Positions 30,235 to 41,317 of a stretch of DNA of 61,425 nt are shown here, in pieces. Position 1 is the first letter of the stretch; each line of letters begins with the position of its first letter. The stretch covers positions 124,001 to 185,425 of the forward strand of contig JBDRRP010000027.1 in NCBI GenBank assembly GCA_043825735.1, read 5' to 3'. The translations under genes were made by a program, and so were the position numbers. The DNA comes from Pseudomonadota bacterium. Its GTDB lineage: Bacteria; Desulfobacterota; Desulfobacteria; Desulfobacterales; JBDRRP01. The notes beneath the pieces are model-generated. The model was not told where the DNA came from and did no database searches. It saw only the letters and a list, made by a program, of their open reading frames with translations.

Positions 30235-31143
30235 ATGCAAAACGTGGAAAACGGTATTATTGTCATCGACAAGCCGCCCGGAATCACTTCAGCAGGTGTG
30301 GTCGCCGTCGTCAAACGCGCATTGGGTCTGAAAAAAGTCGGCCATGCCGGCACCCTGGACCCTTTTGCCACTGGCATCCTCGTCTGTCTGCTCAGCCGGG
30401 CCACGCGGCTCGCCCGGTTTCTGGTCGCGGGGGTGAAAACATACGAGGCGGAGCTGCTGCTGGGGGTGGAAACCGATACCGAAGATCTCACCGGCCGCGT
30501 CATCAGCCAGCGACCGGTCGACCGGGTCACCGAAGCCGCCATACGGGCTGCAGCTGAACTCTGGCTCGGAGAAATTGAGCAGCAGCCGCCGGTGTATTCG
30601 GCATTGAAACACGAGGGCCGGCCGCTTTACGAGCTGGCACGCGAAGGGCGCCCGGTTCAAAAGCCGCCTCGGAAAGTCACTATTTCAGCGCTGACCGTCC
30701 TTGACGTGCAGCTGCCGAGGGTGAGGTTTCGTGCAACCTGCTCGCCAGGCACATACATCCGCACCCTGGGTGCGGACATTGGCCGGGAGCTGGGCTGCGG
30801 CGGTCATTTGACGGCACTGCGGCGCACCGTCAGCAGCGGGTTTTCCCTCAGCGATGCGGTGACGCTGTCGGTATTTGAGACAGCGGTGCGGGAAGGCGCC
30901 CGCGATCGGTACATTTTACCAATGTCGGCGGCCATGCCGGATGCCCCTGTTTTTCAGGCCGATGCACAACTGGCAAAGGATATCCGGCACGGGAAACCGA
31001 TCCCCAAATCGGCAGCCGGCCCGATGGCGACCGATGGCGGCGGTCCCATCCGGGTCATGACTGCCGATAGACAGCTGGCGGCAATCCTGCTGGACACCGC
31101 CGGCGCCACCGATTTCGAGTATGGGTGCGTGCTGCTCGGGTGA
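30235..31143 (+). CDS. truB: tRNA pseudouridine(55) synthase
   Basis: KVGHAGTLDPFATG, PPVYSALK, GTYIRTL. Confidence 0.97.
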   Translation: MQNVENGIIVIDKPPGITSAGVVAVVKRALGLKKVGHAGTLDPFATGILVCLLSRATRLARFLVAGVKTYEAELLLGVETDTEDLTGRVISQRPVDRVTEAAIRAAAELWLGEIEQQPPVYSALKHEGRPLYELAREGRPVQKPPRKVTISALTVLDVQLPRVRFRATCSPGTYIRTLGADIGRELGCGGHLTALRRTVSSGFSLSDAVTLSVFETAVREGARDRYILPMSAAMPDAPVFQADAQLAKDIRHGKPIPKSAAGPMATDGGGPIRVMTADRQLAAILLDTAGATDFEYGCVLLG

Positions 31144-31245
31144 GCCGGCGCCCGCCCAGCGGTGCTTTTTGTGTTGTGTAGCGGTGAATTACAGATTATG
31201 ACCAAACCAAATAGTGACAACCATTTTTAAGGAGGCTTAAAGAAA

Positions 31246-31515
31246 GTGGCTTTTTCAACTGACGACAAAAAAGGACTGATTGAGAAATACAAGCTCCACG
31301 AAGGCGATACCGGGTCTCCTGAAGTTCAGGTGGGCCTGTTGACCCATCGCATCACGTATCTGACCGAACACATGAAAGTGCACACCAAGGATCATCACTC
31401 CCGCCGCGGGCTGTTGATGCTGGTGGGTCGACGCCGCAGACTCCTGAACTACGTAAAAAGCAAGGACGTCAACCGATATCGCACGATTATCGAAACCCTC
31501 GGCCTGAGAAGATAA
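31246..31515 (+). CDS. rpsO: 30S ribosomal protein S15
   Basis: [18 protein letters not shown]. Confidence 0.98.
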   Translation: MAFSTDDKKGLIEKYKLHEGDTGSPEVQVGLLTHRITYLTEHMKVHTKDHHSRRGLLMLVGRRRRLLNYVKSKDVNRYRTIIETLGLRR

Positions 31516-31693
31516 GGCCCGCAACGGGCAGGATCATCAAGCGTCCTGCCCGGTGCTGACGCGGCTGCCGGTATTCGAACCATTTCAAAAGGCGCCATTG
31601 TGGCGTCAACCGGCATACTTTGCATATGACTGTCGACACACGTCGGCAATCCGCCGCGGGTTAAGCATTGTTATCGCTTGAGGAGAACAATAC

Positions 31694-33793
31694 ATGGAAA
31701 AAACTGTCAATAGAACCATTCAGGGAAAAGAACTGAGTATTCAGACCGGCAAAGTGGCCAAACAGGCCTCCGGGTCCGTCGTGGTGCAATACGGCGAGAC
31801 CGTCGTACTGGTCACGGTCGTCTCGGCGAACAATGAGCGGGACACCGATTTTCTGCCGCTCACCGTCGAATACCAGGAAAAAATTTATGCGGCCGGTCGT
31901 ATTCCCGGCAATTATTTTCGCCGTGAAATCGGACGTCCCAGCGAAAAAGAGACCCTCACCGCCCGGCTCATCGACCGCCCTATCCGGCCGCTGTTTCCCA
32001 AAGGGTACCGCTTTGAAACCCAGTTGATCGCTACCGTACTGTCCATGGACAAGGAAAACGATCCCGACACCCTGGCCATGATCGGCGCCTCGGCGGCACT
32101 GGAGCTCTCCGACATCCCCTTCGCCGGCCCCATCGCCAGCGTCCGTGTCGGCCGAATCGATGGTGAATTCATCATCAATCCCTCCATCTGCGACGGTGTG
32201 ATGTGCGACATCAACATCATCGTGGCCGGCTCCCGTACCGGTGTCGTGATGGTGGAAGGCGGCAGCGACATGGTGAGCGAAAAGGACATGCTCGACGCCA
32301 TCTTCTTCGGTCACCAGGCCATCCAGCCCATCATCGACATGCAGGAAGAGCTCAAAGCCGCCTGCGGCAAAGAAAAACGCGCGTTTTCACCGCCGGAAAA
32401 AGACGCCGCCCTGGCAGCGCTGGTCCTGGAAAAGGCCTCCGCGCCGATGAAGGCCGCGCTGTCTGTTCCTGACAAAATGCCCCGGCACAGCCGTGTCCGC
32501 GAAGTCAAGGCAGAGGTGTTCGCCGCGCTGGGAGAAGACTATGCCGCCAGAAAGGAAGAGGTCTACGCCCTTCTGGAAGAGACTCAGAAAAAGCTCAGCC
32601 GCGAAATGATCACCATCGAAAGGCGCCGCATGGACGGTCGTGCCTTCGATGAGATCCGTCCGATCACCTGTGAGGTCGGCGTCTTGCCCCGCCCCCACGG
32701 CAGCGCCCTGTTCACCCGGGGCGAAACCCAGGTTCTCGGCGTGCTCACGCTCGGTTCCGGACAGGATGAACAGCGGGTGGAAACCCTCAGCGGGGAAGAA
32801 TTCCGTCAGTTCATGCTGCACTACAATTTCCCGCCGTTTTCGGTGGGTGAAGTCAAGCGCATCGGCGGCCCGAGCCGCCGTGACATCGGCCACGGCGGCC
32901 TGTCCACCCGCGCCCTGGAAAAAATCCTTCCCGACAAGGAAATCTTCGATTACACGATTCGCATCGTTTCCGAGGTGCTTGAATCCAATGGGTCCTCCTC
33001 CATGGGAACCGTCTGTGCCGGCACGCTGGCGATGATGGACGGCGGCGTCCCCATCAAGGAACCGGTGGCCGGTATCGCCATGGGGCTGGTGAAGGAAGGC
33101 GATACGATCGTGGTGCTCTCCGACATCCTCGGCGACGAAGACCACACCGGCGACATGGATTTCAAGGTCACCGGCACCGCAGGCGGCATCACGGCGCTGC
33201 AGATGGATATCAAGATCCACGAGCTGTCCAAGGACATCATGCAAACGGCGCTGGAGCAGGCCCGCACGGGACGACTGCACATCCTGGGCAAAATGCTTGA
33301 AGCCCTCGACAAGCCGCGGAAAGAGATTTCACCTCACGCGCCGGTCATGATCGTGATGAAAATCAATCCGGACAAAATCCGTGATGTCATCGGCCCGGGC
33401 GGCAAAGTCATCCGCAGCCTCCAGGCCGAGACCGGCACGCGCATCGAAATCACCGATGACGGCACCGTCAAAATTACGTGTGACAGCAGCGAAGGCGGCG
33501 AAGCCGCGCGCAAAATGGTCAAAGACATCACCCAGGAACCGGAAATCGGCACCATCTATGAAGGCAAGGTCGTGCGGATTACCGATTTCGGTGCGTTTGT
33601 CCAGATTCTTCCGGGGACCGACGGTCTGGTGCACATTTCCCAACTGGCACCGCACCGCGTGCAGAAGGTCACCGACGTTGTCAAGGAAGGCGAAATCATC
33701 AAGGTCAAAGTGATCGAAGTCGACCGTAACGGAAAAATCCGTCTCAGCCGGAAAGCTGTTCTCGAAGAGGATCATGGCAGAGGCGATTCGTAA
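31694..33793 (+). CDS. pnp: Polyribonucleotide nucleotidyltransferase
   Basis: [38 protein letters not shown] and S1 domains. Confidence 0.98.
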   Translation: MEKTVNRTIQGKELSIQTGKVAKQASGSVVVQYGETVVLVTVVSANNERDTDFLPLTVEYQEKIYAAGRIPGNYFRREIGRPSEKETLTARLIDRPIRPLFPKGYRFETQLIATVLSMDKENDPDTLAMIGASAALELSDIPFAGPIASVRVGRIDGEFIINPSICDGVMCDINIIVAGSRTGVVMVEGGSDMVSEKDMLDAIFFGHQAIQPIIDMQEELKAACGKEKRAFSPPEKDAALAALVLEKASAPMKAALSVPDKMPRHSRVREVKAEVFAALGEDYAARKEEVYALLEETQKKLSREMITIERRRMDGRAFDEIRPITCEVGVLPRPHGSALFTRGETQVLGVLTLGSGQDEQRVETLSGEEFRQFMLHYNFPPFSVGEVKRIGGPSRRDIGHGGLSTRALEKILPDKEIFDYTIRIVSEVLESNGSSSMGTVCAGTLAMMDGGVPIKEPVAGIAMGLVKEGDTIVVLSDILGDEDHTGDMDFKVTGTAGGITALQMDIKIHELSKDIMQTALEQARTGRLHILGKMLEALDKPRKEISPHAPVMIVMKINPDKIRDVIGPGGKVIRSLQAETGTRIEITDDGTVKITCDSSEGGEAARKMVKDITQEPEIGTIYEGKVVRITDFGAFVQILPGTDGLVHISQLAPHRVQKVTDVVKEGEIIKVKVIEVDRNGKIRLSRKAVLEEDHGRGDS

Positions 33794-35051
33794 AACCACA
33801 CTATCCAACGGCGTCCGCATCCTGACCAAGCGGATGCCCTATGTGCACTCGGTGTCCATGGGGGTCTGGGTGAATGTTGGGGCCCGGGATGAGAATCTTT
33901 CCGAAAACGGCCTCTCGCACCTGATCGAGCACATGATCTTCAAGGGCACCGAGCGACGGTCCGCCTATGACATCGCCAAAGAATTCGATGCCATCGGCGG
34001 AAACACCAACGCGTTCACCTCCCTGGAAAACACCTGTTACCATGCCAAGGTCATGGACGCCCATGTGGGCGCCATGACCGATATCCTCACCGACATCTTC
34101 CTCAACTCCATTTTCGACCCCACCGAGTTCGAACGGGAGCGGCCGGTCATCTTACAGGAAATCGGCATGGTGGAAGACAGCCCGGAAGAGCATCTGCACA
34201 ACCTCTCCGGACGCAATTTCTGGGGGGACAACCCCCTAGGTCGCTCAATTCTGGGCACCCGTGAAAACATCCTTCAATTCGACGCGCCGACGGCAAAAAA
34301 ATTCTTCTGCCGGCTTTATCAGCCGGAGCGTATCGTGGTCGCTGCCGCCGGCAATCTGACCCACCAGCAGATTCTTGAGCTCATCGGATCGGCATTCGAA
34401 ACCGTCCCAACGGGTTGCCGGTTCCCCGAAAGAAAAACGCCCGCCGCCCATGCCGGCGTCAGCACACATTTCCGGGAACTTGAACAGCAGCACATTTGCC
34501 TCATCGGTCCGGGTATCGCCATCAATGATCCCCGGCGCTATGCCTTTTCCCTGCTCAACACGATGGTCGGCGGCAACATGAGTTCACGCCTGTTTCAGGA
34601 AATCCGTGAAAAACGGGGCCTGGCGTACTCGGTTTATTCCTATGGGGCCTCCTATGCGGACACGGGCATGTTCGGCGTGTATGCCGGCGTGGACCCCGAC
34701 CACTCCCTGCCCACCATCGCCCTGATCGGCCGCATCCTGCGTCAGTTCGGCGAGATACCTGTCACCGCCGACGACCTGCGCGACGCCAAGGAATTTATCC
34801 GTGGCAGCCTTTTGCTGGCCTCTGAAAGCAACGACAACCAAATGGTGCGACTGGCGCAAAACGAGTTCCACTACGGCCGCCAGATCCCTCTGGCCGACGT
34901 CATGGAAAACATCATGGCAGTAACACCGGCAGACGTCCAGTCACTGGCGGCGGAGCTGCTGATACCTAGCCGCATGGCACTGACACTGCTGGGGCCGACG
35001 GCCCCTGACCTGGCGTTGAACGATTGGTACGACATCCCATCGGAGCTGTGA
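33774..35051 (+). CDS. M16-family zinc peptidase
   Basis: HLIEH (HxxEH), [23 protein letters not shown]. Confidence 0.93.
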   Translation: MAEAIRKTTLSNGVRILTKRMPYVHSVSMGVWVNVGARDENLSENGLSHLIEHMIFKGTERRSAYDIAKEFDAIGGNTNAFTSLENTCYHAKVMDAHVGAMTDILTDIFLNSIFDPTEFERERPVILQEIGMVEDSPEEHLHNLSGRNFWGDNPLGRSILGTRENILQFDAPTAKKFFCRLYQPERIVVAAAGNLTHQQILELIGSAFETVPTGCRFPERKTPAAHAGVSTHFRELEQQHICLIGPGIAINDPRRYAFSLLNTMVGGNMSSRLFQEIREKRGLAYSVYSYGASYADTGMFGVYAGVDPDHSLPTIALIGRILRQFGEIPVTADDLRDAKEFIRGSLLLASESNDNQMVRLAQNEFHYGRQIPLADVMENIMAVTPADVQSLAAELLIPSRMALTLLGPTAPDLALNDWYDIPSEL

Positions 35052-35060
35052 CATCCCACC

Positions 35061-35549
35061 ATGGACGGCGTTGAACCCACACGGCGAAACTTTCTGGTTA
35101 AACGCCTTCGGCCCGAAACCGACAGCGATATCCCGCTGCCGCGCTATATGACCGCCTGCGCAGCGGGCATGGATCTGTGCGCGGCGGTGCAGGCCCCCCA
35201 AATTCTTGCGCCCGGCGACATTACGCTGATTCCCACCGGCCTGGCCATTGCGCTGCCCGACGACTGCGAAGCCCAGATCCGCCCGCGAAGCGGCCTTGCG
35301 ATCAATCACGGCATCAGCATCATCAACGCGCCCGGCACCATCGATGCCGATTATCGCGGTGAAATCCGCATCGCCCTGGTCAATTTGGGGAAAGCCCCCT
35401 TCACCGTTCATCGTGGCGATCGCATCGCCCAGATGGTCATTCAAAAAGTCCACCGCCTTCAGCCGCGCCTTGTGGACGATCTCACAGCAACCCTGCGTGG
35501 CGACGGCGGTTTCGGCCATACCGGCACCGGGTCGTCCACCGATTCGTAA
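35061..35549 (+). CDS. dut: dUTP diphosphatase
   Basis: [39 protein letters not shown]. Confidence 0.97.
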   Translation: MDGVEPTRRNFLVKRLRPETDSDIPLPRYMTACAAGMDLCAAVQAPQILAPGDITLIPTGLAIALPDDCEAQIRPRSGLAINHGISIINAPGTIDADYRGEIRIALVNLGKAPFTVHRGDRIAQMVIQKVHRLQPRLVDDLTATLRGDGGFGHTGTGSSTDS

Positions 35550-35557
35550 CCACCGGC

Positions 35558-36415
35558 ATGCGAAAAGACGCCATCATGACCCATATTCCCACTGCCGGTA
35601 GCGGCGCGCACCCTGACGGCGACCCGCCCCGAACCGAGGCCGCGCAGGTGCATCTGTGCGTACTGGCCAGCGGCAGCCGTGGCAATGCGGTCCATATCAG
35701 TGATGGAACAACGAGTGTTCTTTTTGATGCCGGATTGTCCGGCAGGGAACTTGAACGGCGCATGGAAAGCCGGCAACTGAGGCCGGAAGCCATCGATGCC
35801 ATTGTGGTCTCCCACGAGCACACCGACCACATCCAGGGCGTCGGCGTGCTGGCGCGACGATTCAACGCGGCGGTGTTTGTTTCCCGTCCGACCCACAGCG
35901 CTGCTGAAAAGACATTGGGGAAAATCGAGCGGCTCACCCATTTTTCATGCGGCAGCCCGTTTCAGGTGGGCGGTTTCCGTATTCACCCGTTTTCCACCTC
36001 TCATGACGCCTCGGATCCGGCAGGCTTCACCGTAAGCCGCAACGGCTGCAAGATCGGTATCGCCACGGATCTCGGTGTCGTGACCGAACTTGTGAAAAAC
36101 CACCTGGCCCACTGCAACGCCCTGGTGCTGGAAGCCAACCACGATCCGAAAATGCTTGAGGAAGGTCCCTACCCATGGCCACTCAAACAGCGCATTCGCG
36201 GCCGCAGCGGCCATCTTTCCAACGAAGACTCCCGCAGCCTTTTGAAATCCTTGATTTACCCGGGTCTGGCGCGCGTCATCCTCGCGCACCTGAGCGAGCA
36301 AAACAACACGCCGGAGCTGGCGCTGTCGACCGTCGCCGAGGCACTGGGAGACAGCAGAGTCCATCTGAGTGTTGCCCGCCAGGATACCAGTACCCGTGTC
36401 TATCGCGTCATCTGA
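35558..36415 (+). CDS. MBL-fold metallo-hydrolase (YycJ/WalJ-like)
   Basis: LASGSRGN, SHEHTDH, EANHD, GHLSN, AHLS; start uncertain. Confidence 0.9.
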   Translation: MRKDAIMTHIPTAGSGAHPDGDPPRTEAAQVHLCVLASGSRGNAVHISDGTTSVLFDAGLSGRELERRMESRQLRPEAIDAIVVSHEHTDHIQGVGVLARRFNAAVFVSRPTHSAAEKTLGKIERLTHFSCGSPFQVGGFRIHPFSTSHDASDPAGFTVSRNGCKIGIATDLGVVTELVKNHLAHCNALVLEANHDPKMLEEGPYPWPLKQRIRGRSGHLSNEDSRSLLKSLIYPGLARVILAHLSEQNNTPELALSTVAEALGDSRVHLSVARQDTSTRVYRVI

Positions 36416-36486
36416 CAGCAGCGCAGGCGGCATTACAGCCGCCCGCATCTTGATTATGCCCGTCACTGTGTTACGGTATACGACTT

Positions 36487-37725
36487 ATGAAAAATTTTTC
36501 TCAACACCACTTGAACGCCGCCATCGTCAGACTGCGGCAGGCAGCGGCGATCTCCTTGGCGGCCGCAGTTCTTTTCTCGAGCACCTGGGCCTGGGCATCC
36601 TCGGAGGGTGCTCCCGCCACCCGCCAGGTCATTCCGTCCGCAGTGATCACCGGGCTCAAAGGCCTATTGGACGCCGTGGGCAGCGCGCCGACAAATGAAT
36701 TTTTGCAAACCGATGCGGCTGCCGTCATCGACTTTGTGGAAAAGACCCCCTCAAAAAGCGTTTTATTCAGCGCCGGCGACGCCTTCCCGGAGGCTTCCGC
36801 CTACCACCGGTTTGACGTCAAGCAGGACATGACGGAATTTCTCAAGCTGGCCTTCAGTCCCGACATCCCGTCCTATGCACTGATGCCCTCATCGGTGCGA
36901 TTCTGCCAGTGGCGGGCTGCAGACGGCAAAGAAGCGCCGTTTCCCATCCTGTGGACCGACCTCGACACCCTGAACGCGCCGCGCATCATCCGGGGGGTCG
37001 AAAGCATGGAAAACACGCCGGACACCTTCAGCGGCGCCTACTACACCTACGACCTCTATCGCACCATGATCATGATGCGCCATCGCGGACGACCGGTGCT
37101 CATTTCCCTGTCCAAACAGACCGACGTCTCCGAGACCGGCAAAAAAGGCGTCGTGCTGGGAGATGACGACAATTGGGCCTACCTGTACTCAGACCAGAAC
37201 GGCATCAGCAAGCCCGGGCTGGGATGGGTAAAATCCTACATGTACGACAGTTACAGCGTCAGCGTTTATGTTCAATCGGAGGATTCACCGGGCTGGGTGA
37301 AATGCGGTGTGTTCAAATGGATCCGGGCGGGCTGGTCTTCCATCAACATGGTCAAGCCCGAGCACATCTATTCCGGGCTGGTGCGCTACGGGAACAGTTT
37401 CAGCAGTGTCATCAACGACCCCCGGCTGCCGAACGCGCAACAGATGAGCGCGGTATTCGCGACCATCAGCCGATACAGCACCGAAGAACTTCGGGAAAAA
37501 TTTCGCGTGTATTTACAGATGGTGGAACGCAGCTTCGGCCGCGATGCGTCCTTTCCCCGCGGATGGTTTGACGAATGGTTTCAAAGCAGCACCTATCTCG
37601 AGCGCGTGACGAAAGACCAGATGCGGGCCACCCTCGTTGTGGAATATATCCGCCAGCTGCTTGGCAAGCCCCCCTGCATCGATCTGTCCGAGCTGATGCA
37701 CGTGCGCCCGCGCGTGGCTGGATAA
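36487..37725 (+). CDS. Exported hypothetical protein
   Basis: 412 aa with host-like codon usage and signal-peptide-like N-terminus (AWA-S); no family recognised. Confidence 0.75.
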   Translation: MKNFSQHHLNAAIVRLRQAAAISLAAAVLFSSTWAWASSEGAPATRQVIPSAVITGLKGLLDAVGSAPTNEFLQTDAAAVIDFVEKTPSKSVLFSAGDAFPEASAYHRFDVKQDMTEFLKLAFSPDIPSYALMPSSVRFCQWRAADGKEAPFPILWTDLDTLNAPRIIRGVESMENTPDTFSGAYYTYDLYRTMIMMRHRGRPVLISLSKQTDVSETGKKGVVLGDDDNWAYLYSDQNGISKPGLGWVKSYMYDSYSVSVYVQSEDSPGWVKCGVFKWIRAGWSSINMVKPEHIYSGLVRYGNSFSSVINDPRLPNAQQMSAVFATISRYSTEELREKFRVYLQMVERSFGRDASFPRGWFDEWFQSSTYLERVTKDQMRATLVVEYIRQLLGKPPCIDLSELMHVRPRVAG

Positions 37726-37767
37726 TCAACCCTTTCCGCAGACCCTTGCCACCCTAAGGTTTTGATC

Positions 37768-37794
37768 ACCACGAAGTTCACGAAGGACACGAAG
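37768..37794. repeat. 9-nt-period heptamer left arm (CACGAAG x3)
   Basis: ACCACGAAGTTCACGAAGGACACGAAG, identical to 49395-49421. Confidence 0.85.
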
Positions 37795-37800
37795 ATTAAT

Positions 37801-37966
37801 TAGAGCCATTGTCATAAATACGTTCCGTTTGGACAACAGCGCCGTGTGAACATCGAAACCGCTATCGGGATCGACCTTGGAAAACATCGATTTCGATCCC
37901 GATATCGATCCCGACTCCGAGAGGATCTCAGGGATCAAACGGAACATTATTCTGGCAATTACGCTA
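37801..37966 (+). mobile_element. MITE-like repeat family B, copy 1
   Basis: TA at both ends, 30-bp imperfect TIRs (22/30), internal ATCGNN hairpin; homologous to 41037-41230 and 47963-48127. Confidence 0.8.
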
Positions 37967-38774
37967 TCCAGTAGCGCGCCAGATAAGCCAGAGACGGCGC
38001 CAGGTCCGCCTCACGGTGAGGCTCAAGCGTCAATATGGGTGGCGTCGCTGCCCGCGTTTCCAGAAACCGCAATACCGCTTTCAGATCGATGCGCCCGTCA
38101 CCCAGCGGCAGATGCTCATCGGTATCTCCAGCGTTGTCGTGCAGGTGCATCTGCCCGATGTGCGGGCCCAGCGTCTCCAGCCATTCGGCGACGGGGCGTT
38201 CGCCGAACGCATTCGCGTGCCCAATGTCCAGACACCAGCCCACGCCGTCAGCGCTCAGCGCATCCATCAGCGGCAGCGCCTCATCCGGCCCGCGTTCATA
38301 AACGTTTTCCAGCATGAGGCGGCTGCCGGCGCCGGCCAGCGCACCGGCAAGCCAGCGCCAGGCCTCGAGACTGCCCGCCAGCCACTCGTCCCTAAAAAAG
38401 GCGTATCGGCGCCAGTCGTATCCGCCGTGGCATACGACGCTCACCGGCCGAAACACCGCTGCGGCATCCACCAGTTGCTCAAAGCGCCGAACGGTCACGT
38501 CCCGGATGCGGGCGTCGCGGGATCCCGCAGACAGATCGATAAAGGGCCCGTGAAGCGTCACCGTGCGTCCGCGGTGCTGAAATGCGTCGGCGATGGAACG
38601 CAGATCGTCCACGGCGCAGCGATCCAGCACCGCGGCGTCAAGACCGATCTCTGGATTGATACCGAGGGCAAGAAACGGCGCCAGGTAGCCGTCCATCAGC
38701 ATGGCCAGCGGTACGTTGACCTGGACCCGGGATTTGACGCGCGCGATCTGTTCAGCGGTTGGCATCATGAGCAT
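37959..38774 (-). CDS. Sugar phosphate isomerase/epimerase family TIM barrel
   Basis: LHGPFIDL, LMLENVYE, CLDIGHA, HLHDN...DEHLPLGDG, TLEPH. Confidence 0.88.
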   Translation of the reverse strand: MLMMPTAEQIARVKSRVQVNVPLAMLMDGYLAPFLALGINPEIGLDAAVLDRCAVDDLRSIADAFQHRGRTVTLHGPFIDLSAGSRDARIRDVTVRRFEQLVDAAAVFRPVSVVCHGGYDWRRYAFFRDEWLAGSLEAWRWLAGALAGAGSRLMLENVYERGPDEALPLMDALSADGVGWCLDIGHANAFGERPVAEWLETLGPHIGQMHLHDNAGDTDEHLPLGDGRIDLKAVLRFLETRAATPPILTLEPHREADLAPSLAYLARYWIA

Positions 38775-38817
38775 TTCTCGTTATACATGGATATTGTTGG
38801 AAAAAACCTGAATTCAC

Positions 38818-38833
38818 CACGGAGGGCACGGAG
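38818..38833. repeat. 9-nt-period heptamer left arm (CACGGAG x2)
   Basis: CACGGAG-gg-CACGGAG, 17 nt before family A copy 2. Confidence 0.55.
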
Positions 38834-38850
38834 AAAACAATTGGTTTTGC

Positions 38851-39151
38851 CGGTTATCCAGAATGCTCCAGTCTTTTACTGGCGGTTAATCTGCTCGGGA
38901 TCGAAATCGCTCTCGGGATCGAAATCGATTTATACATTCTGAGATCGGCCGATTAATGGCGCCAGTGGCGGGGGCGATCTTGCCGTGTTCGTGCTCCGCA
39001 CAATGACATTTCGATTTCGATAGCGATCCCCATTTCGATATGGATGGCTTGCCCTATCAAGCCGATTCATTCTTGGCAATACGGCGCGCAGGTCAGTTGA
39101 TCATTGAAAAACGGTGATCACTGCGGCACTGGCGCTTCATAGAGATCCGGG
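38851..39151 (-). repeat. Dispersed repeat family A, copy 2 (inverted)
   Basis: Reverse complement of 16012-16308. Confidence 0.92.
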
Positions 39152-39165
39152 TATTATTATTCATG

Positions 39166-39254
39166 TCTCGCGCAGCGGCGCTGAAGCGCAGGGAAAAACA
39201 CCCGCGCAATTTCATTTTCCGCAGTTCTCTGGGTCTCCGCGCCGCTGCGCGAGA
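39166..39254. repeat. Inverted repeat of the heptamer-arm class
   Basis: Perfect 16-bp IR TCTCGCGCAGCGGCGC / GCGCCGCTGCGCGAGA; arm resembles 7456-7484. Confidence 0.8.
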
Positions 39255-39346
39255 AATTTTCGTTTTGGGCTAAAACACCTCCTTTGCCCTCTGTGGCGCA
39301 AACGCAATCGACAGCTGAGCCCGCTTGAGCACCGCAGGCACCCTTT

Positions 39347-40969
39347 TTACCGGGTTCCGCGAACTTGCCGGGCGTCGAAGAGATCGAGAAAGCGTCTGAC
39401 GACGGCCTCGTCAACATGGTGGCGGTAGCGCGCACCACCGGCGGACATCCCGAAAATGCCCTCCCCGTCGAGAAATCGGCGTAGCAGGGACATGCCGATC
39501 ACGCGCCGGTCTGCAACGCCCCCGCCTGCCGCCGGTTCGCCGGCGTGCGCATCGAGGCGGAGTCCCTCATCGCAGAGCTGTTTCATGAAATTCACCAGCC
39601 GCCCCAACCGAAGCAGGGTCACGGTTTCCAGCCGCGTAGTGGTATGGGAAAGCGGAATGGCACTGGCCCGGTAGGCGGCAAATTCAACCGGCAAAATTTT
39701 CTCCTGCAGACACCTGTCGAAGTCCAGACTGCCCGGTGCCGGATAGAACACGGACACCCCCGCCAAGACGCGGCGGCGGCATAAAAAAAGCAGATCGTCA
39801 ATGCTGCTCTGGGCCGTTTGCCCTGGCGCCCCGATGATAATATAGCCAACGGCCCCGAGGCCGCAGCGCTCGGCGGTGTCCAGTGCTGCGTCAAAGGCGC
39901 TGCGGACCGGCGCCCGATTGAACCGTCGGGACTGCTCGGCACAGGCCGTCCCCAATGACAGGTTCAGCGTACGAAATCCTGCGGCGGACATGGCAGAAAC
40001 CAGGGCATCGTCAAGACTGGGCGGATAAAGTCCGTTCATGGCCCGCAGCTCCGGCAGGTCATCGCCAAAAATGTGGCGGATCCCCTCCAGGAGACGAAGA
40101 AACGGCGCGCGCGCCAGGGTAAGATTTTCATCTTCAAAATCGATGAACCCCACCGGCCCCACATCCGCTGCCGAGCGGATTTCCGCCAGCACCGCATCGA
40201 CCGAGCGACGACGATAGGGCAGGTAGGAATGACGCCCGGTGGCGCAATAGCTGCAGGCCATGGGGCACCCGCGGCTGGTGACCAGGGTCACGCTGATCCG
40301 GCCTGCCCGGCGGTAATGGCGGGCGTGGAACCGCGACAGCGACGGCGGGGGGTAGCGGTCCGGCGTCGACATGACAGCCGGCGGAGGTATTCGCGCATCT
40401 GGTTCCGCCGCGCGCAGGACGATGCCCGGGATGGCGTCAATATCCATTCCGTCTTTAAGCATCCGGGCCAACAGGGGCATCCCCACCTCGCCTTCTCCCC
40501 GCAACACGGCATCGGGTGCCGGGTGTGCAAGGACGGCATTGGCCATTTCGGTGGCGTGGTGCCCACCCATGACGATAAAGGCCTTGGGACAGACCTTTCT
40601 TACGGCGGCAGCGGTGTCGAGGGCTTCCTGGCAATAGGCGGTAAAAAGCGCGCTGATGCCGATGAGAAAGGCGCCGGATTCGCCCGCCGCCCGTGCGATG
40701 TGGGCGGTGCTGTGGCCGAAATGCCGGAACTGGTGAAACAGGGCAAACGGCGACAGATCCGATTCGCCGTAAAAGGGGTGCAGGTATTGCAGTGACGCCG
40801 GCAGGGGCAGCGGCCGGGCCTTGCCGCTGGCCATGGCGTCGTGGATTGCCACGGTAAACCCTGCCTCGGCAAGGGCCTCGGCAATACAGCCCAGCCCATA
40901 AGGGACTGTCCGTTTCACCGTCAGATAAAAGTCCCGGATTGGGGGCTGGATGAGCAGCACATCGACCAT
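39347..40969 (-). CDS. B12-binding radical SAM protein
   Basis: VPYGLG, IVMGGHHAT, LRGEGE, TSRGCPMACSYC, IDFEDENLT. Confidence 0.9.
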   Translation of the reverse strand: MVDVLLIQPPIRDFYLTVKRTVPYGLGCIAEALAEAGFTVAIHDAMASGKARPLPLPASLQYLHPFYGESDLSPFALFHQFRHFGHSTAHIARAAGESGAFLIGISALFTAYCQEALDTAAAVRKVCPKAFIVMGGHHATEMANAVLAHPAPDAVLRGEGEVGMPLLARMLKDGMDIDAIPGIVLRAAEPDARIPPPAVMSTPDRYPPPSLSRFHARHYRRAGRISVTLVTSRGCPMACSYCATGRHSYLPYRRRSVDAVLAEIRSAADVGPVGFIDFEDENLTLARAPFLRLLEGIRHIFGDDLPELRAMNGLYPPSLDDALVSAMSAAGFRTLNLSLGTACAEQSRRFNRAPVRSAFDAALDTAERCGLGAVGYIIIGAPGQTAQSSIDDLLFLCRRRVLAGVSVFYPAPGSLDFDRCLQEKILPVEFAAYRASAIPLSHTTTRLETVTLLRLGRLVNFMKQLCDEGLRLDAHAGEPAAGGGVADRRVIGMSLLRRFLDGEGIFGMSAGGARYRHHVDEAVVRRFLDLFDARQVRGTR

Positions 40970-41036
40970 GCCGATCCCTATATCACATCTGGCCGGGGGA
41001 TATCAGCCGGTCATCGGTGACATCCATCTTTGACGT

Positions 41037-41230
41037 TAGCGTAATTGCCTGAATAATGTCCCGTTTGATCCCTGAGATCCTCTCGGGGTCGGGACCGATA
41101 TCGGGATCGAAATCGATGTGTTTCAAGGCCGATAGCGATACCGATAGCGATAGCGATTTCGATTTCGATGCGCACCAGGAATTGTTGTGGAAACGGATAC
41201 TCCAAAACGCCCTCGTGTTCAAACCGCTCA
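41037..41230 (-). mobile_element. MITE-like repeat family B, copy 2 (inverted; far end diverged)
   Basis: Reverse complement matches CCGAGAGGATCTCAGGGATCAAACGG...GGCAATTACGCTA of copy 1; longer hexamer arm. Confidence 0.78.
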
Positions 41231-41254
41231 TGCATTTTGCGCTGCGGCCGATAT
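41228..41254 (+). promoter_or_regulatory. Weak sigma28-like promoter upstream of the FliK-like gene
   Basis: TCATGCAT-N11-GCCGATAT. Confidence 0.35.
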
Positions 41255-41317
41255 ACCCTATGTACACACGGCGGCCAGCCGGCTACCGAAACGATTGACC
41301 CGCACAGGTGCTGAGCG

